Positions 1 to 13,267 of a stretch of 64,000 bases of DNA are shown here, one piece after another. The DNA is from Minisyncoccota bacterium (GTDB lineage Bacteria > Patescibacteriota > Minisyncoccia > Phycocordibacterales > DASSSU01), in assembly GCA_035708305.1 (NCBI GenBank), contig DASSSU010000029.1, positions 576 through 64,575 of the forward strand, written 5' to 3'. The first letter of the stretch is position 1, and each line of letters begins with the position of its first letter. Position numbers and translations under genes: made by a program. The notes beneath the pieces are model-generated. The model was not told where the DNA came from, made no database searches, and was given only the letters and a program-made list of their open reading frames with translations.

Positions 1-75
1 GGCGTGTGTGGAAGTCCGTCTGATCTGCTGAGAGAGGCCTTTGGGTTCTTTGTCTCCACCGACTTGCCGTGCTCT

Positions 76-110
76 TGACTTTTACGCAGGAAAAAATACT
101 ATATTCCTGA
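76..110 (+). promoter_or_regulatory. Candidate sigma70-like promoter (TTGACT ~16 nt TACTAT) upstream of the rplJ leader
   Basis: Hexamers read directly from sequence; it sits about 250 nt upstream of rplJ, and the leader contains hairpins. Confidence 0.3.
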
Positions 111-304
111 AGCTGCGTAGAAAGCAGGTTCCAATTTTGCTCGCGAGCTTGCGAGTGAACTGCAAAATTGAGAATCCGCCTCAGGCGGATCAGGAGAATC
201 TATCGAGGTAGATCAGTAGATCAATTTTGAGAAATTGGAATAAACCCTGCCGAGTAGGTCGATCTTCTTTTTTGCCCGTTTCTTTTTTGGAAATGGCAAA
301 ATCG

Positions 305-335
305 TGGCTTTTACCAGAAGCCATTTTTTTATGGC
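305..335 (+). promoter_or_regulatory. rplJ leader hairpin(s) followed by a T7 run; candidate attenuator with two mutually exclusive stems (tggctt/aagcca versus gccat/atggc)
   Basis: Inverted repeats tggcttttaccagaagcca and gccatttttttatggc share the segment gcca, about 25 nt upstream of the rplJ ATG. Confidence 0.4.
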
Positions 336-354
336 TGAATTCTCTTAAAACAAT

Positions 355-846
355 ATGGCAATTACCAGAGAAAAAAAAGAAGCAATTTCCAAGAAGCTTT
401 CTTCAATTGCAAAAAATTCTGATTCGATTGTTTTTGCAAACTTTCACGGTCTGAGCGTGGGAGCAACAACGAACCTTCGCCAGAGTCTTCGCGAAAACGG
501 CGTTTCGTATTATGTCGCCAAAAAGTCGCTCATCAAAAAAGCGTTTGATGCAGAAAACTTCAAGGGCGAGATGCCAGAACTTGAAGGCGAGATTGCAGTT
601 GCTTGGAGTGAGAATGATGCACTGGCACCTTCCCGAGAGATTTTCAACTTCTCTAAGAAACACAAAAAAACTTTTGCACTCGTTGGCGGTGTGTACGAAG
701 GAGAGTACAAAAGCAAAGAGATCATGACCGAAATCGCCTCGATTCCATCAATTGAAGTATTACGCGGAATGTTCGTGAACGTGATCAATTCTCCGATTCA
801 ACGCATGGCGATCGCGCTCGGTCAGATTGCAGAAAAGAAAGCATAA
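355..846 (+). CDS. rplJ: 50S ribosomal protein L10
   Basis: 163-aa ORF with a typical L10 sequence, located immediately upstream of L7/L12. Confidence 0.85.
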   Translation: MAITREKKEAISKKLSSIAKNSDSIVFANFHGLSVGATTNLRQSLRENGVSYYVAKKSLIKKAFDAENFKGEMPELEGEIAVAWSENDALAPSREIFNFSKKHKKTFALVGGVYEGEYKSKEIMTEIASIPSIEVLRGMFVNVINSPIQRMAIALGQIAEKKA

Positions 847-897
847 ATTACTTTCTACTACTAACTACTAACTATTTACTACTAATTACTTACTAAC

Positions 898-1386
898 ATG
901 GCAGAAGAAACAAAAACAAATGAAGAAGTAGCCGCATCTGCTCCTGAAACGGCAACCGAAGAGGCGAAAGAAGAAGTGAAAGCAGAAGCAGCTTCCGAAA
1001 CAGAAGAAATAGAAGTTCCGGCAAAGTTCAAAGAGATTGTGGAAAAAATCGAAGGAATGTCCGTGCTTGAACTCAACGAACTCGTGAAAGTATTCGAGAA
1101 GAAATTCGGCGTTTCTGCAACGGCTGTTGCAGCAGGTCCTGCAGCGGGTGGAGCTGGAGAAGAAGCAGAGGAAAAATCTTCTTTTGACGTTGAACTTACC
1201 GCAGCAGGTGATCAGAAGATCCAGGTGATCAAGGCGGTAAAGACGGCGCTTGGACTCGGACTCAAAGAAGCAAAAGACCTGGTTGAAGCCGCACCAGCCG
1301 TTCTGAAGGAGGGCGTGGCAAAAGCCGAAGCAGAAGAACTCAAAGCAGCAATTGAGGCAGCAGGAGGAAAAGTTACTCTCAAATAG
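898..1386 (+). CDS. rplL: 50S ribosomal protein L7/L12
   Basis: The N-terminal dimerisation region, an Ala/Glu-rich hinge and the conserved C-terminal domain ([20 protein letters not shown]...) are all present. Confidence 0.9.
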   Translation: MAEETKTNEEVAASAPETATEEAKEEVKAEAASETEEIEVPAKFKEIVEKIEGMSVLELNELVKVFEKKFGVSATAVAAGPAAGGAGEEAEEKSSFDVELTAAGDQKIQVIKAVKTALGLGLKEAKDLVEAAPAVLKEGVAKAEAEELKAAIEAAGGKVTLK

Positions 1387-1411
1387 TCTCTTTTTCTTGA
1401 AAGAACCTCAA

Positions 1412-1444
1412 GAAAAACCTCTTTTATCGGGGTTTTTCTTTTTG
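1412..1444 (+). terminator. AU-rich hairpin plus T-run downstream of rplL
   Basis: Stem gaaaaacc/ggtttttc followed by tttttctttttg. Confidence 0.3.
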
Positions 1445-1461
1445 AGGAGAGCTATGATAAA

Positions 1462-2085
1462 ATGGCGTTCATGGAAATACTAGGAAAATTGCTTGGAAGC
1501 GTCTCGCGAGTAAAGATCATGCGTCTTTTTTTGTTTCATCCGCAGAAAGTTTTTTCTTATGAGGATGTGAAAAAAAGAACCAGGGTTACGCCTGCCACAT
1601 TTCGGAAGGAAATCAATCTCCTTTTAAAGGTGGGATTTTTGGAACAAAAAGAAATCCCGGCGGACGTTTTGTTGTCGGACGGGAAGAAGGTGCTCGCACG
1701 AAAGCCGAAAGTTGGTCTGAAGCTCTCGCCTGATTTTCCTTTTGCGGATCCATTTCGAACCATCCTTATCAATGCCGAGACGCTCAAGAAAGAAACGATC
1801 GCCAAGAGTCTTGAAGGGGTGGGAAAGCTCAAGCTCGTGATCCTCTCCGGAATTTTTATTGGCCGCGATGACAGCCGTGTGGATCTTTTTGTGGTGGGAA
1901 GCAAGATCAACAAAAAAGCATTTGAAAATTACATGCGTATCTTGGAATCGGAAATCGGAAAAGAACTGGCGTACTCGGTTTTGGAGACGGATGAATTTGC
2001 ATACCGCTACCAAGTGCACGACAAACTGGTCCGAGACGTCCTTGACTATCCGCACGAGAAGCTGCTTGACCGGCTCAACGTTTAG
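1462..2085 (+). CDS. Hypothetical protein, possibly a winged-helix-like N-terminus plus a nucleotidyltransferase-like fold; no confident family assignment
   Basis: 207-aa ORF with clean coding periodicity, lying between rplL and the rRNA promoter. Confidence 0.5.
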   Translation: MAFMEILGKLLGSVSRVKIMRLFLFHPQKVFSYEDVKKRTRVTPATFRKEINLLLKVGFLEQKEIPADVLLSDGKKVLARKPKVGLKLSPDFPFADPFRTILINAETLKKETIAKSLEGVGKLKLVILSGIFIGRDDSRVDLFVVGSKINKKAFENYMRILESEIGKELAYSVLETDEFAYRYQVHDKLVRDVLDYPHEKLLDRLNV

Positions 2086-2132
2086 CCGCTTTTTCTTCCT
2101 TCGGGCTTTCAAAAATGGAGAAGCTCAAAAAC

Positions 2133-2160
2133 TTGACCGATTCTATTTTTCCTTTATACT
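2133..2160 (+). promoter_or_regulatory. Candidate rRNA operon promoter (TTGACC, 16-nt spacer, TATACT)
   Basis: Near-consensus hexamers about 170 nt upstream of the mature 16S 5' end. Confidence 0.45.
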
Positions 2161-2199
2161 GTAGCCACACCTTGAAAAAGGGTGTTTTCTTTCAAGGGA

Positions 2200-2217
2200 A
2201 GATCTTTGAAAATTGAA
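2200..2217 (+). promoter_or_regulatory. boxA-like antitermination motif in the 16S leader (agatctttgaaaattgaa)
   Basis: It resembles the Bacillus-type rrn boxA tgttctttgaaaact. A related gatctttg motif recurs at 4801-4815 in the spacer leader of 23S. Confidence 0.35.
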
Positions 2218-2329
2218 TAGGTGAATAGAAATAGAAGTGTAATAACAAGAGAAGGAGAGGCGTTCAGGTTTTTCTTTCTTTTGTTCCGTCGATGTTCGGG
2301 ATGTTTCATTGAAATGTTTCGAACAAAAA

Positions 2330-3897
<1,568 letters not shown>

Positions 3898-4711
3898 AAA
3901 TGGACACATTCTTCTTGCAAGGAAGAATTAAAACGATCGATCCATTCTGCATTTGTAGAGTGAGAGACATGGTTCAGTCTCAAAAAGAGCCGGGCATTCG
4001 GGAGAGACCGAAAACCAGACGGAACAAAAGAAAGAGAAACTTTGAAAGGCTATTCACATTCAATTTTCAAAATATGATTAACAAAAACCGCTTCGGCGGT
4101 TTTTGTTTTGGTGCAATTTCCTTTAAATGTTATAATGCCACCGGGTTTTCTTCAATGGATATTTTGAGAAGGATATTTGAAAGTGAACGGTGGTCATCTT
4201 GCTTATGGAGTTTCGATTTCGTTCGTGATTGGCACGATGCTCATGCTCATTCTTCTTGGTCGGTAGAAATCTTTTGGAGGGGAAAATGTTCCAGCGATTT
4301 TTTCGCTCTCAGTTTTTCCGTTCGTGTGTTCGGAATCCTGTTGAAATGATCACGTCAATTTTGCTGTGGTTGGCAGTGGTTTTTGTCGTTTATTTTTACC
4401 ACCATTGGTAAAAAATGGCCGCGAGATGTTTTCTCGCGGCCTTTCGTTTGACCTTTACTGGTGTTCTGGCCTTCTTTTGGAAGAATGTTTTCTCGATTTT
4501 TTTCCTCGAGGGTCTTGTGAGGGATTCCTTTTCTCTTTTTCTTTTTCCCGTTTATCACGATGTCTCTGAGACATGCATGGAGCTCCTAAAATGAAAAGTT
4601 CGCACTCTCTCACTGAGAGGCTCTTCTTTTGAGAGAACCCTGAGGAATTCTAATGAAAATCAGGTTAAAATACAAGTGAGAGCCCTCAGTGATGGCATTA
4701 TGAAGAAAAAC

Positions 4712-4739
4712 TTGACGGAATTTTTCTTTTCTATATAAT
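4712..4739 (+). promoter_or_regulatory. Near-consensus promoter inside the 16S-23S spacer (TTGACG, 16 nt, TATAAT)
   Basis: Read directly from sequence, about 240 nt upstream of the 23S 5' end; it is followed by a gatctttg boxA-like motif and a hairpin-T9 at 4814-4840. Confidence 0.45.
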
Positions 4740-4977
4740 GCTAAATGTTCTGAATATGAAAAAGAAAGAAAGCTTTCCAAGGTGATACAGTCCACGCAGG
4801 TGGATCTTTGTGTATCGCCTCAGGCGATTTTTTTTTAGAAAACTGCCCGAACGGATCGAACGTTGAAAACTGAATTCTGCCACGGCAAAAATTACCTTTC
4901 GGGGTCTTTTCATTTGCCGGAGGCAGGCAGGTAAAAAATATTGTAAGAAAATTTTGTGGTTTTTTGACTTCCTAATG

Positions 4978-7948
<2,971 letters not shown>

Positions 7949-8045
7949 ATTAGGACGTCAGGACGCCACAAATTTTCTTATTTTATTTCCTGCAAATTCA
8001 GTTTTCATACACAAAACAAGCAGCACGAACAAGTATTCAGTATTT

Positions 8046-8156
8046 TGTTCTGGTGGTTTGGCGAAGGGGTCACACCCGATCCCATTCCGAACTCGGAAGT
8101 TAAGCCCTTCAGCGCCGATGGTAGTCGTAAGGCAAGAGTAGGTCGCCGCCAGAACA
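8046..8156 (+). rRNA. rrf: 5S ribosomal RNA
   Basis: Helix 1 is formed by gttctggtgg and cgccgccagaac; conserved CCGAACTCGGAAGTTAAGC and GCCGATGGTAGT blocks are present. Confidence 0.8.
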
Positions 8157-8185
8157 AAATACTGAATCCAAGAACGTACTCCATC

Positions 8186-8212
8186 AAGCAAGCCTCACGG
8201 CTTGTTTTTTTG
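8186..8212 (+). terminator. Rho-independent terminator ending the rRNA operon
   Basis: Stem caagcc tcac ggcttg plus a T7 run. Confidence 0.6.
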
Positions 8213-8251
8213 TTTCCGTGAGTCTCTTTTTTGTGGTAGTATGCAAGGAAA

Positions 8252-10201
8252 ATGAACCAAAAATCTGAAAACATCCGAAATTTTTCTATTATCGCACACA
8301 TCGACCACGGGAAGTCCACGCTTGCGGATCGCATGCTGGAACTTACGAGTACCGTGGAGGATCGCAAAATGCAGGATCAGATGCTTGACACGATGGAGCT
8401 GGAGCGCGAGCGGGGGATTACCATCAAGATGCAGCCGGTACGCATGATTTACCGACCCTCGACATCTTCATCTGCGGCGTTGCGGGACCCCGCTGACTCA
8501 GGCACCGTATCAGTAAATACGTTTTCTTCGTCAGCTTCCCCGCGCCTTGCATCTGAAGCGCCGAAGGCCGATAAACAAGGAGAAGAGTATGTTTTGAATT
8601 TAATCGACACGCCGGGACACATCGACTTTTCGTATGAAGTTTCGCGGGCACTCAAAGCGGTGGAAGGTTCTATTCTTCTTGTGGATGCGACGAAGGGGGT
8701 GCAGGCGCAAACTCTCACCACCCTTGGAATGGCGCAAGAGCTCGGCAACACGATTATTCCGGTCGTTTCAAAGATTGACTCACCACTTGCGCGAACAGAA
8801 GAAGTGAAAAAAGAAATTGCAGAACTCCTGAAGTGTTCGGCTGCTGATGTTTTGGAGGTTTCCGGAAAAACCGGAGAAGGGGTGGAGCATTTGCTTGCCG
8901 AGATCGTGAAGCGGGTTGCGCCACCAAAGACGGAAGCTGAAGGGATGGAAAAAGCCGGACAGTCGAAAGCAAATACATCAGAAAAACTGAGGGCACTGGT
9001 TTTTGATTTTGAGTATTCCAATCATCGCGGCATTGTCCTTTATGTCCGTATTTTTGACGGCTCAGTCAAAAAGGGTGCGAATCTTTTTCTTTCGCAGGCA
9101 AAAGCACGCTTCATTTCCGGGGAAGTGGGGATTTTTCATCCCAACCAAGTGCCGACGGAAAAGCTCTCGGCCGGTGAAATTGGCTACATCGTGACGGGGG
9201 TGAAAAGTCCGGGAATTGCGAATGTCGGGGATACCGTGGTGGATTTTGGCAGCTCACTTCCGCCTCTTTTGGGGTACGAGGAGCCACGGCCGGTGGTGTG
9301 GGCGTCGGTGTACCCAGAAAGTCAGGACGACTTCAACGAGCTCAAACAGGCACTTTTGAAACTCAAGCTCTCCGACTCTTCGCTGACATTTGAAGAAGAA
9401 GCTTCGGGAACACTTGGACGTGGATATCGCTGCGGTTTTCTTGGAATGCTGCATTTGGAGATCGTGACGGAGCGCTTGCATCGGGAGTTTGGTCTGGAGC
9501 TGATCGTTGCCACGCCGTCGATCACGTATGAAGTAGAATACAAGGGAGGGCGAAAAGAAATGGTCTACTCGCCGACGCTTTTTCCTGATCATGGCACATA
9601 TGAACGCGTTTTGGAGCCGTGGGTCAAAGTGAAGATTTTTACGCCGATGGATACCCTTGGGCAGGTGCTTCAGCTTCTGTATCAGCATGAAGCGGAAACG
9701 GGAAAGACGGACGTTTTTGGAGAAGATACAGCAGAAGTGGAAGCCAGCATGCCACTTCGCGAACTCATGCGAAATTTTTTTGACGAGCTCAAAAGCGTGA
9801 CCAGTGGGTATGCATCGCTTTCGTACCGAGATGAAGGCTTCCGGGAGGCACATGTGGCGCGTTTGGATTTGCTGGTGGCGGAAGAACCGGTTCCGGCATT
9901 TTCGCGCGTGATCTCGGAGCGGCAGGTAGAAGAAGAAGCAGTGGACGCGGTGACAAAGCTTCATGAAATTCTTCCCAAACAGCTCTTTACGGTAAAAATC
10001 CAAGGGAAAGCAATGGGACGAATCATTTCATCCAAAACACTCCAAGCGATGCGGAAAGACGTGACCGCGAAGCTCTACGGTGGAGACGTCACGCGCAAAC
10101 GAAAGCTTCTGGAAAAACAGAAAAAGGGAAAGAAGCGAATGAAAAGCGGCGGGAAAGTGAATATTCCGTCTGCTGTCTTTCTCAAAATGATGAAGAAATA
10201 A
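8252..10201 (+). CDS. lepA: Elongation factor 4 (LepA), with a ~38-aa low-complexity insertion in the GTPase domain
   Basis: G1 motif AHIDHGKST, DTPGH, and the LepA-specific C-terminus GGDVTRKRKLLEKQKKGKKRMK. Confidence 0.9.
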   Translation: MNQKSENIRNFSIIAHIDHGKSTLADRMLELTSTVEDRKMQDQMLDTMELERERGITIKMQPVRMIYRPSTSSSAALRDPADSGTVSVNTFSSSASPRLASEAPKADKQGEEYVLNLIDTPGHIDFSYEVSRALKAVEGSILLVDATKGVQAQTLTTLGMAQELGNTIIPVVSKIDSPLARTEEVKKEIAELLKCSAADVLEVSGKTGEGVEHLLAEIVKRVAPPKTEAEGMEKAGQSKANTSEKLRALVFDFEYSNHRGIVLYVRIFDGSVKKGANLFLSQAKARFISGEVGIFHPNQVPTEKLSAGEIGYIVTGVKSPGIANVGDTVVDFGSSLPPLLGYEEPRPVVWASVYPESQDDFNELKQALLKLKLSDSSLTFEEEASGTLGRGYRCGFLGMLHLEIVTERLHREFGLELIVATPSITYEVEYKGGRKEMVYSPTLFPDHGTYERVLEPWVKVKIFTPMDTLGQVLQLLYQHEAETGKTDVFGEDTAEVEASMPLRELMRNFFDELKSVTSGYASLSYRDEGFREAHVARLDLLVAEEPVPAFSRVISERQVEEEAVDAVTKLHEILPKQLFTVKIQGKAMGRIISSKTLQAMRKDVTAKLYGGDVTRKRKLLEKQKKGKKRMKSGGKVNIPSAVFLKMMKK

Positions 10202-10335
10202 AATTCCCAAATTGAGCGATTTTCATTGTCAAAAGTTTTGGATTGTTTGTTGTTCCTGAGGGCTTTGAAAATAGATTGACGAAGGTATTTTTTTATACTA
10301 AACTATCGCCGGTTCGCAAAACGGAGGAATTCTCC

Positions 10336-10533
10336 ATGAACATCCTCTTTGAAGTACTTATAGCAATTGGAGTTTCGTTTTTCTTGGTAGCGGTGTTTGG
10401 TTTCCTTTTTAGGAAAGACGAACGCAAGTACATTTATTGTGCAGCAGGGTGCGGTGAGCTATGTCATCACAAAGACCTTCACGGAGGGTTCTGTAGGAAC
10501 TGTGCCTTAACGTTCTATAACTATAAGAAGTAG
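10336..10533 (+). CDS. Small membrane protein with a Cys-rich C-terminus (C-x3-C ... C-x2-C)
   Basis: 65-aa ORF with one TM helix; GGAGG lies 8 nt upstream and a strong terminator lies downstream. Confidence 0.4.
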   Translation: MNILFEVLIAIGVSFFLVAVFGFLFRKDERKYIYCAAGCGELCHHKDLHGGFCRNCALTFYNYKK

Positions 10534-10562
10534 AGTTTCTTCTTGTGAAGAGAAGAACAACC

Positions 10563-10596
10563 AAAGCCCCGCAATTTTGGCGGGGCTTTTATTTTA
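10563..10596 (+). terminator. Rho-independent terminator
   Basis: Stem gccccgc/gcggggc plus a T-run. Confidence 0.6.
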
Positions 10597-10620
10597 TTAA
10601 AAATAACCAGAATGTGTATC

Positions 10621-10693
10621 GGTGCGGCTAGGGAGAATCGAACTCCCATCTGTTGCTTGGGAAGCAACCATTCTACCACTAAACTATAGCCGC
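10621..10693 (-). tRNA. tRNA-Gly (anticodon CCC); the 3' CCA is not encoded
   Basis: Reverse complement reads GCGGCTATAGTTTAGTGGTAGAATGGTTGCTTCCCAAGCAAC...GGGAGTTCGATTCTCCCTAGCCGCA; a cloverleaf with a 7-bp acceptor stem can be drawn. Confidence 0.8.
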
Positions 10694-10703
10694 TTGAATT
10701 TGT

Positions 10704-11093
10704 CTATCGGAAAACGGAAAGAAAGCTTTTCCACCAGCTCTCTTTTTTGGGCGTCTCCTCGGGAGTGTTGGTGGCGGTCTTCTGGTCAACCAAGACTAGC
10801 ACATGCTCGCCGTCTTTGGCAACCATAAACTTTTTGCGAAGCTCGGCTTCTACGCCGCTTTTGGATTGCAAGTTGGTGATTTTTTGTTCAAGATCGTTCT
10901 GTTGTTGTGCGACACTGGCGAACTTTGCGGACGCGGCAAGCATTTTTTCTTTCGTATCCTGGTAATGCTCGTACATGTGCCAAACGACAGAAGTCATAAA
11001 AATGACAGCAAAAACCAGAAAAACGCCGGTGAATTTCGAAAAAAGCACTTTTTTCCACCCTGTTCGTTTTTGGCGATTTTGCAAACTTCGCAT
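10704..11093 (-). CDS. Septum formation initiator (FtsB/DivIC-like) protein
   Basis: N-terminal TM helix followed by a coiled-coil of about 129 aa. Confidence 0.5.
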   Translation of the reverse strand: MRSLQNRQKRTGWKKVLFSKFTGVFLVFAVIFMTSVVWHMYEHYQDTKEKMLAASAKFASVAQQQNDLEQKITNLQSKSGVEAELRKKFMVAKDGEHVLVLVDQKTATNTPEETPKKESWWKSFLSVFR

Positions 11094-11309
11094 ACTTGGT
11101 TATTATATCAGCATGTCGATGAATAAAAAAACCAAGGAAAAAATGTTCCGGATCTTTGCGGGAGTGATTGTCGTTCTTACGGTTTTGAGCATGCTGCTGC
11201 TCTATGCACCAGTATTTGGCAGGATGTAGAAGGTTCGGAAACGAGAAATATGCGAAATAAAAAACCAAGCCGCTGCATTGCAACGGCTTGGATAGGTTCT
11301 GGTCGTTTT

Positions 11310-11519
11310 TTAGCCCCTTCTTCTGGATCGGGAAACGGGGATGGAATGCATCCCACCGATCGCCAAAAAAAGAAACAGGGCAGTGCTGGCCAACGCCAGT
11401 GCAATCGCAAAGTACAAGGTAGCTTCTCGAGAGTTGTAAAGCCAGCTCTCTAAGCCTGAAAGGATGGAAATCAAAGACAAAATGGAGGAAAACATGGCGG
11501 CACAAAAAAGCTTATTCAT
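11310..11519 (-). CDS. Small two-TM membrane protein, hypothetical
   Basis: 69-aa hydrophobic ORF; AAGGAGAG lies 7 nt upstream of the ATG, with a TTGACA-containing promoter-like region. Confidence 0.35.
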   Translation of the reverse strand: MNKLFCAAMFSSILSLISILSGLESWLYNSREATLYFAIALALASTALFLFLAIGGMHSIPVSRSRRRG

Positions 11520-11631
11520 GAGTCTCTCCTTCTTGTTGATTACAGTGAAAAGTGTAACATATTTAAAATTTTTGTCAAGTTATTTCAAAAAATGCCTTTC
11601 TGAACATGCCGATTTGTGTTAAAATCTTAAA

Positions 11632-12039
11632 ATGTATTTGCTTGCGAAATGGCTTATTGCCGCTTTAGCACTTCTTCTCGCTTCCGCATTGGTGCCGGGA
11701 ATCACGATTTCTTCGCTCTATGTGGCGCTTGTCGTGGCGTTGGTGCTCGGTTTTTTGAACGCCATCGTTCGTCCGGTACTCATCCTTCTCACATTGCCGA
11801 TCAACATTCTCACGCTCGGGCTTTTTACGCTTGTTTTAAATGGACTGATCTTCTGGTTCGTTGCCAGCTTTGTGCAAGGTTTTGAAGTTCATGGATTTTT
11901 CACGGCGATTGTGGGTGCACTTTTCGTCTCGGTGGTAAGCTGGGCGGGGAATCAGCTGCTCAAGGGACACCACTCCGGTTCGCATCAAAAAAAAAGTGAG
12001 TCTTTCTATCATGTCGATAAAATTGTAAAGCCGGATTAA
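11632..12039 (+). CDS. Phage-holin-family (Phage_holin_4_2-like) 4-TM membrane protein
   Basis: Hydrophobic 135-aa protein with the typical MYLL..WLI.ALALL...PGI N-terminus of this family; a TGtTAAAAT extended -10 sits just upstream, so the transcript may be leaderless. Confidence 0.55.
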   Translation: MYLLAKWLIAALALLLASALVPGITISSLYVALVVALVLGFLNAIVRPVLILLTLPINILTLGLFTLVLNGLIFWFVASFVQGFEVHGFFTAIVGALFVSVVSWAGNQLLKGHHSGSHQKKSESFYHVDKIVKPD

Positions 12040-12111
12040 TAGCGTTTTTATTTTTATGGGCGCGGCGGAATTTTAAAAAAATCAAAATTAGCAGAAGTAA
12101 TAGAAAACAAC

Positions 12112-13002
12112 ATGGAAACATCAAGAAAAATGAGGGTGATTACGCACAGCGGGCCTTTTCATACGGACGATGTATTTGCTGTCGCCTCGCTTGACCTGTT
12201 GCTTCAGGGGGATTATGAGTTAGTCCGAACTCGTGATCCGGAAGTGATCAAAACTGGAGATTTTGTTTTGGATGTCGGCGGGGTGTACGATCCGGAAAAA
12301 AATCTTTTTGATCACCATCAGGAAGGCGGCGCCGGAGAGCGGGATGGGATCCCGTACTCTTCACTTGGTTTAGTGTGGAAAAAATACGGGGCGGAAATTT
12401 GCCGTTCTCCAGAGGTAGCAAGAGAAATAGAAGACAAGCTTGTGTTGGCAACTGATGCGACGGATTGCGGGGTGGACATCATTCCCAAAAACGACCTCGG
12501 GGTGCACGTTCCACATATGTACGATGTGATCAAATCTTTCCGCCCTTCATGGAAAGAAGAGAAAAGTTTCGATGAAGGTTTTCAGGAAGCGCTTGCTTTT
12601 GCTAAGGGGTATCTTACGCGGAGTATTTTCTTGGCTCATACACTTTTGGAATCAAAAGAGAAAGTTTTGAGAGCGTATGAACAAGCTTCGGATAAACGGA
12701 TCGTGGTTTTTGAAAAATTTTACCCAAGCTTGGATGCACTCGAGAATTTTCCAGAAGTACTATATGTGGTGTATCCGTATTCTGGGAACCAGCATTGGGT
12801 TGCCCGGGCGTTTCGTAGCGAACGAGACAGTTTCAGGAATCGCAAAGATTTTCCAAAAGCATGGGCAGGAAAGACGAACGAAGAGCTTGCAAAAATTTCC
12901 GGTGTTTCAGACGCGATGTTTTGCCACAATGGTGTTTGGATCTGCTCGGCACGATCGAAGGAGGGGGCAATAGCACTGGCTACCCTCGCCGCTGACGCGT
13001 AA
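12112..13002 (+). CDS. MYG1/UPF0160 family metal-dependent hydrolase
   Basis: Conserved THSGPFHTDDVFA and DHHQ motifs. Confidence 0.75.
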   Translation: METSRKMRVITHSGPFHTDDVFAVASLDLLLQGDYELVRTRDPEVIKTGDFVLDVGGVYDPEKNLFDHHQEGGAGERDGIPYSSLGLVWKKYGAEICRSPEVAREIEDKLVLATDATDCGVDIIPKNDLGVHVPHMYDVIKSFRPSWKEEKSFDEGFQEALAFAKGYLTRSIFLAHTLLESKEKVLRAYEQASDKRIVVFEKFYPSLDALENFPEVLYVVYPYSGNQHWVARAFRSERDSFRNRKDFPKAWAGKTNEELAKISGVSDAMFCHNGVWICSARSKEGAIALATLAADA

Positions 13003-13116
13003 AAACGTTCATTTCTGGCACATTTCATCTTTTATTTTTGAATTCATCTGCCTGAGGCAGACTCACTTCGCAATTCCAAAAATAAACGCGAACTGCACTC
13101 AGAAATGAACGTTTTT
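13001..13116 (+). repeat. Family-A nested palindromic element (17-bp perfect outer inverted repeat, with an inner tctgcctgaggcaga hairpin core) starting in the stop codon of the MYG1 gene
   Basis: Outer arms aaaaacgttcatttctg and cagaaatgaacgttttt. A homologous empty copy lies at 46272-46341 on the minus strand. The 24-nt core ttcatctgcctgaggcagactcac is repeated at 29869-29892. Confidence 0.7.
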
Positions 13117-13267
13117 ATTTTTCAATACACTGGATGGGTTTTTTGGGAAAAACGTATTTTTACAAAAGGCACTGTCCCAAGGATGCTCGTCTGGTCTTGT
13201 GTCTTTTGTGAAGAAGTTTCTGGGAGGATATGGCTCTTTTTTGTAAATTGAGATAAGATATTTTCAA

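Noticed and set aside
3900-4411. ORFs of 149 aa and 60 aa inside the 16S-23S spacer; the latter has a GGAGGGG SD and a downstream hairpin
   Set aside because: Low-complexity, non-conserved translations inside an rRNA spacer are most likely chance ORFs. The SD-ATG coincidence is noted in the anti-SD finding but is not called a gene.
9254-10003. 249-aa ORF antisense to lepA
   Set aside because: It sits in an antisense frame inside a highly conserved gene, and its basic, low-complexity translation has no family resemblance.
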